Shown: one piece after another, positions 25,957-34,313 of the stretch
Layout: each line of letters opens with the position of its first letter
Position numbering within the stretch: position 1 is the first letter of the stretch
From: a virus
DNA length: 64,000 bases
IMG/VR virus record: IMGVR_UViG_3300045988_162372
Strand: one strand, 5' to 3'
Notes under the pieces: generated by a model
Databases searched by the model: none
Seen by the model: only the letters and a program-made list of their open reading frames with translations
What the model was told of the DNA's origin: nothing
Made by a program: the position numbers and the translations under genes

Positions 25957-27162
25957 ATGGAACAAATTATCAAACATTTTACAGACAATGACGCTTATAC
26001 GTTTACTTGTCAATACTACATATTGAAGACATATCCTCGTGCTGAAGTAGAATATAAATTCTTTGATAGGAATCATACAAAGTATCCGAAAGGCTTTGCC
26101 GAGCTATTACAAGAACAGGTGAATTACATGAAAGATGTGATTATCACAGACGAAGAGATTGCATTTATGTCTAAGAATATGTATTATCTTCCTTTATGGT
26201 ATTTTACTTTCTTGAAAGGTTATAGATTTAACCCTAACGAAGTAACTATTTCACAAGATAATGAGGGTCATCTTGATATTGCGGTAAAAGGAAAGTGGTT
26301 TTCAACGATTATGTGGGAAATGCCATTACTTTCTTGTATTTCTGAATTGATGCATAAACTTAATGGTGATGAGGATAAATATAATTTAGCAACAGAATAT
26401 TGGAAAAATTATGATAAAATGACCAAAGCACTTCAAAATGGCTTAATCATCTCCGATATGGGAACAAGACGCAGATTTTCTTATAATTATCATCACAATG
26501 TAATTAGATCTTTTGTTGAAGCATCTGAAAAATCAATGGAAGAACTTTATAGTTACGGAGAATTTGTAGGAACATCAAACGTATGGCTTGCCAAAAGATA
26601 TAATTTAAGACCAATCGGTACGATGTCTCATCAAATTATTTCGTTTGAAGAAACTGTTAGTGGTATCTTTGAATGTAATAATCAAACAATGTCTAAATGG
26701 AGTGAATGTTATGATGGTTTAAACGGAACATATCTCTATGATTGTTTTGGTGATAAAGTATTCTTTAACAATTTCCAAACAAAATATGCAAAATTATTTG
26801 ATGGATTAAGAGTAGATAGTGGTGACGAGTTTGAACAAATAGAAAAAATCATTGATAAATATAAGTCTTTGGGAGTTGATCCTAAGACAAAAACTGTCGT
26901 ATTCAGCAATGGGTTGAATTTGGATAAAGCATTGGAAATACATAAATACATTGGTGGAAGAGTTAGAGATACATATGGTATCGGCACATTCTTTACTTGT
27001 GATATTGAGAATGTTAAACCTTCAAATATTGTAATCAAATTGGTAAAAGGGAGAATTACTGAACAACGTGAATGGCATGATTGTGTGAAGCTCTCCTGTG
27101 ATAAAGGAAAGACACTGGGTAATCAAGAGAAATGTAACTATTTGTCTAACATTATTAATTGA
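25957..27162 (+). CDS. pncB: nicotinate phosphoribosyltransferase
   Basis: 401 aa from ATG 25957; FTDNDAYTF, RFNPNEVTISQDNEGHLDIAVKGKW..IMWEMPLLSCISE aligns by eye with E. coli PncB ([36 protein letters not shown]). Confidence 0.85.
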   Translation: MEQIIKHFTDNDAYTFTCQYYILKTYPRAEVEYKFFDRNHTKYPKGFAELLQEQVNYMKDVIITDEEIAFMSKNMYYLPLWYFTFLKGYRFNPNEVTISQDNEGHLDIAVKGKWFSTIMWEMPLLSCISELMHKLNGDEDKYNLATEYWKNYDKMTKALQNGLIISDMGTRRRFSYNYHHNVIRSFVEASEKSMEELYSYGEFVGTSNVWLAKRYNLRPIGTMSHQIISFEETVSGIFECNNQTMSKWSECYDGLNGTYLYDCFGDKVFFNNFQTKYAKLFDGLRVDSGDEFEQIEKIIDKYKSLGVDPKTKTVVFSNGLNLDKALEIHKYIGGRVRDTYGIGTFFTCDIENVKPSNIVIKLVKGRITEQREWHDCVKLSCDKGKTLGNQEKCNYLSNIIN

Positions 27163-27169
27163 TGAAATT

Positions 27170-27979
27170 ATGAAAAATAACAAACTTATACTTTGTGGAA
27201 TTTTTGGAGATATTATCGGAAAGCATTTCGAGTTTTTGAGAATAGCCAATAAGACAAAAGACTTTGAATTGTTTAGTAAAGATTCAACATACACAGATGA
27301 TACAATGTGTACGTTGGCTGTAATGAAGTGGCTCATTGATGATGTAAAGAAGCCCTTAGCACCTATTATGCGTGAAACATGTAATGTTGAACCATATAGA
27401 GGATATGGTGGAATGTTTCGTAAATGGTTACATGATGAAACTATGAGTGCCTACGGCAGTTTTGGGAATGGCAGTGGAATGCGAGTTGCACCTGTAGGTT
27501 GGTATGCCAAGACGGAAGAAGAGTGTCTTGAACTTGCAAAGCAATCTGCGATAATCACACATAATCATCCAGAGGGTATAAAGGGTGCGCAAGCTATTGC
27601 ATTGTCTGTATTTATGGCAAAGAATGGTAAGAGCAAACAAGATATTAAAGAAAGAATAACAGAGTTGTTCCACTATAATTTGGATAGAACACTCGATGAA
27701 ATTCGCCCTCACTATCATTTTGATGTAACTTGTCAAGGCTCTGTTCCAGAAGCAATTATTTCTTTCCTTGAAAGTACATCCGTCGAAGATGCTGTAAGAA
27801 ATGCTGTTTCACTTGGTGGTGATACTGACACACAAGGAATAATGGCAGGAGCTATTGCAGAAGCATATTACAAAGATTATGGAGATAGCATTATCTATGA
27901 CAAGACGTTGGAATATCTTCCACAAAAACATCTTGATGTAATAAAGAAATTTAACGAGAAAGTAAAAAATGCACAGTAA
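27170..27979 (+). CDS. ADP-ribosylglycohydrolase (ARH/DraG family)
   Basis: ATG 27170; GDIIGKHFEF, YTDDT, GNGSGMRVAPVG, THNHPEGIKGAQA, GGDTDTQGIMAGAIAEAYY. Confidence 0.85.
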   Translation: MKNNKLILCGIFGDIIGKHFEFLRIANKTKDFELFSKDSTYTDDTMCTLAVMKWLIDDVKKPLAPIMRETCNVEPYRGYGGMFRKWLHDETMSAYGSFGNGSGMRVAPVGWYAKTEEECLELAKQSAIITHNHPEGIKGAQAIALSVFMAKNGKSKQDIKERITELFHYNLDRTLDEIRPHYHFDVTCQGSVPEAIISFLESTSVEDAVRNAVSLGGDTDTQGIMAGAIAEAYYKDYGDSIIYDKTLEYLPQKHLDVIKKFNEKVKNAQ

Positions 27980-28880
27980 TAGATTTATTGTTAAGGAAGA
28001 ACTTTCTGTATCTGATACAGTTGTAAAAATAACAAATGAAATATATACCCAATTGCTTAATAAATTAAGTATTGGAAAATCTTTTATTTCAAAAGAACGA
28101 AATGTTATAATTAAAAAAGGTATTTTTGATTATCAAACAGCAGGAAAACTCAAGAATACATCTTTTATTAAAGTAAAATATGTCGTTTATTATTTTAATG
28201 ATGAACAAGAACATCAAGCATATATGAAATACGGTTATTTCAGAATGAATTCTTCTGCTGATTATGAAAATAGGGTAATTAATTTATATTTATCAATGGT
28301 AGATAACAAACCTACGATTGATTTCAAGAGTGATATACAACACGAAGTTAATCATATATTCCAATATGATAATGGTCAGCAAAAGGATGAGGATTTCTAT
28401 AAAAAGATTATTGATTTGAACAAAAGTAAGGTTAAAATGGATAGAATCATCGCTCGTGCGTTGTATTACACTTTCCCAACGGAACAGGATTCTTTTGTTT
28501 CTCAATATTATGCTTATTTAAAACGAAATAATATCCCTATCAAACAAGCAATTAATTATCGTTATGATAAAAATTGTCCTTATTATGATTTTGATACTCT
28601 TTTTGATAATATTGATGATATAAGTGGAGAAATAACTGATGAATATACACAAGATAAATTAGGTATCAGTTCTAAAAAATTATTCAACATCTTGAATAAT
28701 GCAGATGATAGATTTACTAACAAATTAGGAAAAGTAATAATGCGTTATGTTCAAGAAAAAGAACTAAATGAAGATTTCGAACACAGCGAAATTCATCTTA
28801 AAATTGATCCTCGTTTATCATTTGTATTAGAATGTTATAAGAAAGGAATTAATGAAGAAGAAAGTGAGTATTTTGAATAA
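27969..28880 (+). CDS. HExxH (gluzincin-like) protein, paralog of 38651..39694
   Basis: QHEVNHIFQ followed about 40 aa later by YYTFPTEQDSF; overlaps ARH gene end by 11 nt (same operon). Confidence 0.45.
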   Translation: MHSNRFIVKEELSVSDTVVKITNEIYTQLLNKLSIGKSFISKERNVIIKKGIFDYQTAGKLKNTSFIKVKYVVYYFNDEQEHQAYMKYGYFRMNSSADYENRVINLYLSMVDNKPTIDFKSDIQHEVNHIFQYDNGQQKDEDFYKKIIDLNKSKVKMDRIIARALYYTFPTEQDSFVSQYYAYLKRNNIPIKQAINYRYDKNCPYYDFDTLFDNIDDISGEITDEYTQDKLGISSKKLFNILNNADDRFTNKLGKVIMRYVQEKELNEDFEHSEIHLKIDPRLSFVLECYKKGINEEESEYFE

Positions 28881-28888
28881 TATGTGTA

Positions 28889-28921
28889 ATGACTTAGAAA
28901 ATTAGTCCTAAGTCATTTTTA
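28889..28921 (+). terminator. rho-independent terminator
   Basis: ATGACTTAG / CTAAGTCAT 9-bp stem followed by TTTTT. Confidence 0.7.
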
Positions 28922-28939
28922 TATTATTAACAGTTCTAA

Positions 28940-28971
28940 TTTGTTTCTTTCATTGAAAAATGTTATCTTTG
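28940..28971 (+). promoter_or_regulatory. Bacteroidota-type promoter (-33/-7)
   Basis: TTTG-N20-TATCTTTG, about 98 nt upstream of ATG 29069. Confidence 0.65.
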
Positions 28972-29017
28972 CAACGTGAGATGTAAAAAAAAATAATGTT
29001 TAACAATAAAAGGATAT

Positions 29018-29061
29018 GTTTCAATCCCTCTCCATCCTGAAGGACGGAGTTCCCTTGAAAC
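29018..29061 (+). promoter_or_regulatory. structured 5' leader hairpin
   Basis: outer stem GTTTCAA/TTGAAAC, 5x5 pyrimidine internal loop (TCCCT/TTCCC), inner stem CTCCATCC/GGACGGAG with TGAA loop; ends 7 nt before the start codon. Confidence 0.5.
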
Positions 29062-29068
29062 AAATTAT

Positions 29069-30079
29069 ATGGAAAATAATGAACTTTTGTATGACAAGGA
29101 TTTGGCTAATCGCTTTGTAAGTGATTATAAGTTGCCTATACAGCTAACTGATAAGAAGTATTTCTTTTATTTTCTTTCATTATATGAGAAAGAATACAAA
29201 TCATTAACAAAATATATACAGCTTTGTAATTTAATCAAAGAGAAGTATTACGATTCACCTAAGCTGTTCTTGGAGAAATATTACGAAGTGCGTGATGATA
29301 TTATAAAAACTGTCGAGGCAAGTAAGGCATATCAGAAGTTTAATAATATGGATATGTCTGTGTTTTCTATTAAAAATAAAAAGAATATCACAACAAACAA
29401 TATCTATAATGAGAATAATGCAGGGCGTATTTTCGTTTCATTTGACTTAAAGAAGGCTAATTTCCAAGCATTGAAGTATGTTAACCCTGACATCGTATTA
29501 AATGCTGATACTTATCAGGATTTTATTAAGAAATTCACAGATTTGGATTATGTTGCAGAAAGCAAGTATACAAGGCAAGTAGTGTTTGGCAAAATGAACC
29601 CAAAACGTCATATTACTGTTGAAAAGTATATGATTGATAAGGTATACGAATATATCACCGAAACCCATCATCTTACGAATTGTGTATCTATGTCAAATGA
29701 CGAACTTGTATTTGATATGGGTGAGGCTAAAAAACTTGACAGTCTTGCTATTCATAGTATTAATATTACTTGTGAGATGATTAGACAATTCATCCAAACA
29801 ATGTTGGGATTTGAAATGAATTTAGAAGTTTTCAAACTGCATAAATTACAACTTTGCTGTAACAAGTTCAAGAGAAGCCCTTATTATTATAAGGAATATT
29901 TGAATACAGAAGAACCAAAAGGAAAACTGATGTGCGTACCTATGAATTACTTTGCAATTGTATATAAGCTGTTTAATAATCTACCTTTGCAAGAAGAAGA
30001 CTATCATTTCGATTATGAAGGATTGGATAGCAAATATTGTGAGAATTTTTACCTTCTAACTGATTTTCAAAATAACTAA
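29069..30079 (+). CDS. compact family-A-polymerase-like protein (tentative)
   Basis: IFVSFDLKKANFQAL (motif A-like), SKYTRQVVFGKMNP (motif B-like), SMSNDELVFDMG (compare Pol I QVHDELVFE), MNLEVFKL; only about 85 aa between the A and C aspartates. Confidence 0.4.
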   Translation: MENNELLYDKDLANRFVSDYKLPIQLTDKKYFFYFLSLYEKEYKSLTKYIQLCNLIKEKYYDSPKLFLEKYYEVRDDIIKTVEASKAYQKFNNMDMSVFSIKNKKNITTNNIYNENNAGRIFVSFDLKKANFQALKYVNPDIVLNADTYQDFIKKFTDLDYVAESKYTRQVVFGKMNPKRHITVEKYMIDKVYEYITETHHLTNCVSMSNDELVFDMGEAKKLDSLAIHSINITCEMIRQFIQTMLGFEMNLEVFKLHKLQLCCNKFKRSPYYYKEYLNTEEPKGKLMCVPMNYFAIVYKLFNNLPLQEEDYHFDYEGLDSKYCENFYLLTDFQNN

Positions 30080-30083
30080 ATAT

Positions 30084-31130
30084 ATGGATAATAATAAAAC
30101 AAGTATTATATTTTTTGGTTCTGGGGATTTTCCTTACCCTACATTTAAGACCATTGTAGAGAATGAAGTTTATGATGTGAAAGGTTTGGTTACTTCTCCG
30201 TATAAGCCGTATTTTTATTCTGAGACATTGAAAGATGTAGCAGAAAGAAACAATATACCTGTGTTTTCAACACATAAGCCAAATTGTGCAGAGCTTGTCG
30301 AATGGTTGAAAGAAAAGGAAACCGACATTTTCTGTGTGATTTCTTATAAATTCCTTTCAAATGATATATTGAGAATTCCAAAGATAACAGCATTTAATGT
30401 ACACGCTTCATTACTGCCACTACTTCGAGGTGCTGCCCCTATTAACTGGGCAATCAGATATGGTTTTAAAAATACTGGTTTAACCTCATTTGTATTAAAT
30501 GAACATATTGATTGCGGAGAGATTATAAATAATATAAGTATCCCGATTGAAAGTAATGATGATTATGGTGTAGTTTTCAATAGATTATCTGTTCTTAATG
30601 TTGGCTTTACCATTGAAACAATATCACGTTTAAGAAAGTCTGATTGGAGACGTTATTTAATACTTCAACCAGATCATATTGAAGATGATATGTTCATGAA
30701 TGCTCCAAGATTGAATAATGATAATTGTACATTAAATACACATATATTTTCTGCATTTAATTATGCAATACCACAACTTTATGATGTGATTAGGTCGCTA
30801 TCACCAAATATAGGGTTAAATATTACATTAAGGGCAATGAATGAAGAAAGAAATGGTTTCTGTTGCCTTAAAAAATATGATGCCAAAATATATAAAGCTA
30901 AACTTTTTCCTGAGATACCAGAAGAACATAAAAGTTATTGCAAGAGTTATTCAAACGTGGTAACTGATGGTAAATCTTTCATGTACTTAGTTAATAATTT
31001 AAACACACAAATTATATCCATTGAAGAAATACAATTAGCAGGAAAGAAAAAACTTAATATAAAGGATTTTGTTGCAGGTTTTCAATGGGCAAGAGATAAA
31101 AATGTATATTTGCTAATAACTGGTAGATAA
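30084..31130 (+). CDS. methionyl-tRNA formyltransferase-like formyltransferase
   Basis: IIFFGSGDF..., NVHASLLPLLRGAAPINWAI, TGLTSFVLNEHIDCGEI match the Fmt N-terminal domain; C-terminal extension present. Confidence 0.75.
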   Translation: MDNNKTSIIFFGSGDFPYPTFKTIVENEVYDVKGLVTSPYKPYFYSETLKDVAERNNIPVFSTHKPNCAELVEWLKEKETDIFCVISYKFLSNDILRIPKITAFNVHASLLPLLRGAAPINWAIRYGFKNTGLTSFVLNEHIDCGEIINNISIPIESNDDYGVVFNRLSVLNVGFTIETISRLRKSDWRRYLILQPDHIEDDMFMNAPRLNNDNCTLNTHIFSAFNYAIPQLYDVIRSLSPNIGLNITLRAMNEERNGFCCLKKYDAKIYKAKLFPEIPEEHKSYCKSYSNVVTDGKSFMYLVNNLNTQIISIEEIQLAGKKKLNIKDFVAGFQWARDKNVYLLITGR

Positions 31131-31146
31131 CAAAAAACTTAAATAA

Positions 31147-32358
31147 ATGACATTAAATTTAACGTATAAAGGAAATAAATGGTTGAGTGGGGCAATTCCT
31201 GCTCTTTTGATACACTGCTGCATTGGCAGTGTATATTGTTGGTCTTTGATTAAGAACAACATCGCAATTGAAATGGGTGTGGCTTCTTCCCAAATTGAAT
31301 TTGCATTTTCATTGGCAATTTTCTTTTTGGGCATGAGTGCTGCGTTCTGTGGCAGATTCATCGAAAAGAACGTGAAGTATTCTTCACTTATTTCAGCGAT
31401 TTGCTTTACTTCTGGATTGTTCTTGACAACAGTTGCGATGCATTTGCATAGTATACCCTTGCTGTTCTTATCTTACGGATGTATCATGGGTATCGGATTG
31501 GGTATAGGCTATTTAAGTCCAGTCAAAACATTGATGTTATGGTTCAGCGAACATAAGGGCTTGGCAACTGGTATTGCTATTAGTGGCTTTGGATTATCAA
31601 AAGCAATTCTTTCACCATTCATTGAATGGTGTAATGCAAATTATTCCATTTATGTAACATTGTGGGCTATTTCATTGATAAGTATGTTCTGTATGTTATT
31701 GGCTTCAGCACTTATTAAAAAACCTGAAGGATGGGTGGAAACTACTGATAAATTTTCGATAAAGGATGTGTGGAAAATAATTACAAATTCAGAGTATATT
31801 AAGATATGGCTGATATTTTACATTAACATAACCTTGGGTTTATGTCTGATAAGTTTTGAGAAAGATTTATGTCTTACTAACGGCATAGTTGCTGTGGGCA
31901 TTATATCGTCATTAACGGCATTGTTCAATACTATTGGTAGATTTGGCTATTCTTCCTGTTCGGACTTTTTAAAACGTAAGGAAATAATCTATGTTATTAT
32001 ATTTGCAAGCAGTTTGATAGTATGCGCCATATATGGCTTAAATCTGATTAATATTGGGGTTGCAACAATACTATTGCTTTGCGTTATTAACGCAGGATAC
32101 GGTGGAGGGTTTTCTACTTTACCCACATTACTACAATCCAAATTCGGTATGGGGAATATCTCAACTATTCATGGTTTAGCATTAAGTGCTTGGGCGTGGG
32201 CTGGGCTTTCAGGAAATCAGTTATCTAATCTTGTGATTAATAGAATGGGATTAGGATATGAACACCTGATAACAATAGTTGCTTGTTTATATTGCATTAG
32301 CTTGATAATTACATTAACTATCAAAAATAAAATATGGAAAATAAAGAGAAACAATTAA
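31147..32358 (+). CDS. MFS transporter (oxalate/formate antiporter-like)
   Basis: 403 aa, about 12 hydrophobic helices; N-terminal GSVYCWS motif typical of OFA/YhjX-type MFS. Confidence 0.75.
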   Translation: MTLNLTYKGNKWLSGAIPALLIHCCIGSVYCWSLIKNNIAIEMGVASSQIEFAFSLAIFFLGMSAAFCGRFIEKNVKYSSLISAICFTSGLFLTTVAMHLHSIPLLFLSYGCIMGIGLGIGYLSPVKTLMLWFSEHKGLATGIAISGFGLSKAILSPFIEWCNANYSIYVTLWAISLISMFCMLLASALIKKPEGWVETTDKFSIKDVWKIITNSEYIKIWLIFYINITLGLCLISFEKDLCLTNGIVAVGIISSLTALFNTIGRFGYSSCSDFLKRKEIIYVIIFASSLIVCAIYGLNLINIGVATILLLCVINAGYGGGFSTLPTLLQSKFGMGNISTIHGLALSAWAWAGLSGNQLSNLVINRMGLGYEHLITIVACLYCISLIITLTIKNKIWKIKRNN

Positions 32359-32687
32359 TTGATGGCTTCATTGAAAAATATGAAGATAATGATTATTTTC
32401 GCAACAAGTGTCTTTATATGTTAGACACAGATGAAATGATGAATCGTATTGATGAGAGAGACTGTTACCATGAATTTGGTGATGATTTATTAGATGAGTT
32501 TGAAGATTATGAATTGATAAACTATCTTGAAAAAGAGGGGTATAACGTATCTGATAGAAAGATTGAGGATGAGAGCATCGTTGATATGATATACAGTATC
32601 TGTAAGACATTGTCCCCACGAAGATATCTTGGTAAAGAAGATATGAAAGAGTTAATTAATGATTATATTGATACTTGGATTTGTTGA
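32334..32687 (+). CDS. hypothetical acidic protein
   Basis: 117-aa ORF; no motif recognised. Confidence 0.5.
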   Translation: MENKEKQLIDGFIEKYEDNDYFRNKCLYMLDTDEMMNRIDERDCYHEFGDDLLDEFEDYELINYLEKEGYNVSDRKIEDESIVDMIYSICKTLSPRRYLGKEDMKELINDYIDTWIC

Positions 32688-32704
32688 TTTCAAAATATTT
32701 TCGT

Positions 32705-32914
32705 ATGTTTGCGGTGAGTTTTGAAGAATATATAGAAAAAGTCAAAAGTAATCTTTATTGCAATTTGTCCGAGGATGAAAAGAAAGTTTTTTATTCTTAT
32801 GATTTCACCGAAGATGAAATTGATAATAACTTGGAATATTTCAAAGATTGTTATAACAATGATATATCTGCATATACCTCATTGTTATTTTTTGCTGATT
32901 ATTTAAGAAAATAA
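32705..32914 (+). CDS. hypothetical protein
   Basis: ATG 32705 (MFAVSFEEY..) preferred over TTG 32675. Confidence 0.45.
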   Translation: MFAVSFEEYIEKVKSNLYCNLSEDEKKVFYSYDFTEDEIDNNLEYFKDCYNNDISAYTSLLFFADYLRK

Positions 32915-32917
32915 AAT

Positions 32918-33655
32918 ATGGGAAATATTAAATATAATGATGTAATAAGAAGTATCTCATATGACCAGCATGAGATACTATACAATATAATGAAGATGCA
33001 TAATAACGGAAAAGCGTTTGATTGCGATATTACATATAGTACAGGCAAGTTCTATGGTAAATTTAATGTCGAAACATTAGATGGAAATAAGGTTGAAATA
33101 GAGATTCCACAGCCTAAATTCAAGTTCGATGTATGCCCACAATCTGATGATGTGGTGCAAATTGAGGATGGAAAACTGTTGCCGTTGGAAGATAATAGTA
33201 TAAGCAGTATTGTAGTTGATTTACCTTTTGTTGTATCCCCACATACAGCACCAAGTATATTGAATGATAATGGGGATAAGAAAAAGAATATTATTTTTAA
33301 ACGGTTTTCAAGTTACTATCCGTAGTATACAATGCCTAAATCATACAGTCATTGGCTTAACGAAGCATATAGGGTGTTAAAAAATGAGGGAATTGTTGTA
33401 TTTAAAACACAATCTACTATTTCCGCACGTAAGAACATTATGATGCCCTATTATTCTTGGATGGAAGCAGAAAAAGCAGGTTTTTATACTTTGGACGAAT
33501 TCATCTTATTGGCAAAGAATAGACTTCATTCAGGCAAGATAAAAAAACAGGAACATGCAAGAAAATTTCATTCACATTTCTTTGTATTCAAGAAAAGTGT
33601 AAAAGAAAAACCAATAAATTACTATAAATTTAAAACAAATGGAAATAACAAATAA
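32918..33655 (+). pseudogene. SAM-methyltransferase-like gene interrupted by one in-frame TAG (33323-33325)
   Basis: 32918..33325 and 33332..33655 are in the same frame; VVDLPF (motif IV-like) lies before and AYRVLKNEGIVVFK after the TAG. Confidence 0.5.
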
Positions 33656-33944
33656 CTTTATGCAAATAAAAGAGCAAACCTTTGAACAAAAGGTAGAAAT
33701 GTATATGCAATGTGATAAGAAAAAACTTGCAGAAATGCTTGCGATGAGGGATATGATCGACGAACAGAAGAACAAAGAAAAAGAGAATATCGTAGAACCA
33801 TATTTTCCTAATAAATCAAGTTTACCTTATTGGTATAACAAATGCAAAACTTGGAGTGATTGCGTAAATCCTCATTATGATTGCATTAATTGTCCTTTAA
33901 GAGATGGGATGTCAATAAACAAGAAGACTGAAGTAACTTGTTGA
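33639..33944 (+). CDS. hypothetical Cys-rich protein
   Basis: 101-aa ORF; C-terminal CKTWSDC..CINCP. Confidence 0.5.
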   Translation: MEITNNFMQIKEQTFEQKVEMYMQCDKKKLAEMLAMRDMIDEQKNKEKENIVEPYFPNKSSLPYWYNKCKTWSDCVNPHYDCINCPLRDGMSINKKTEVTC

Positions 33945-33974
33945 ATATGATAATTTATTATTAGGATTAAACAA

Positions 33975-34313
33975 ATGATAGAAAAAGTTACAATTACTGA
34001 TAGTTTGCAAAAAGAAATATTAGTTAATAAAGATGTTAAATCATGGCTTGAAAAATTATCTGAAAAAATAGATATAATTGATAATATTCAAGAATTATAT
34101 ATTGATTATTCAATAACAAATAAAGCCATAAGAGCAGATATTTTGGTTAAGAATAATGTTCTTATAATGTTGAGACATATTATTGATGATGATAAGGATG
34201 ATATTGTTTCTTATTCAATATCTATCGGTAAGACAGTAATGGAAGTTAATTGGTGTGGTATAGAAAAATTAAATGATAAAATAAATGAAAACAAAAAGAA
34301 ATACAATTGGTGA
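33975..34313 (+). CDS. hypothetical protein
   Basis: 112-aa ORF; no motif recognised. Confidence 0.55.
   Translation: MIEKVTITDSLQKEILVNKDVKSWLEKLSEKIDIIDNIQELYIDYSITNKAIRADILVKNNVLIMLRHIIDDDKDDIVSYSISIGKTVMEVNWCGIEKLNDKINENKKKYNW

Noticed and set aside
29018-29061. Possible tRNA or tRNA-like gene, because of the sequence GTTTCAATCCC
   Set aside because: The region folds into a single long two-tiered hairpin. It has no acceptor, D or anticodon arms, and it lies between a promoter and the next start codon, so I treat it as a leader structure.
33323-33325. Genome-wide TAG reassignment (alternative genetic code), as known for some gut phages
   Set aside because: TAG acts as a normal terminator for several well-bounded genes here: 242-244 followed by a promoter, 1274-1276, 1781-1783, and the tnpB stop at 5093-5095. 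Almost all long ORFs are intact under the standard code. Only local suppression or a pseudogene remains plausible.
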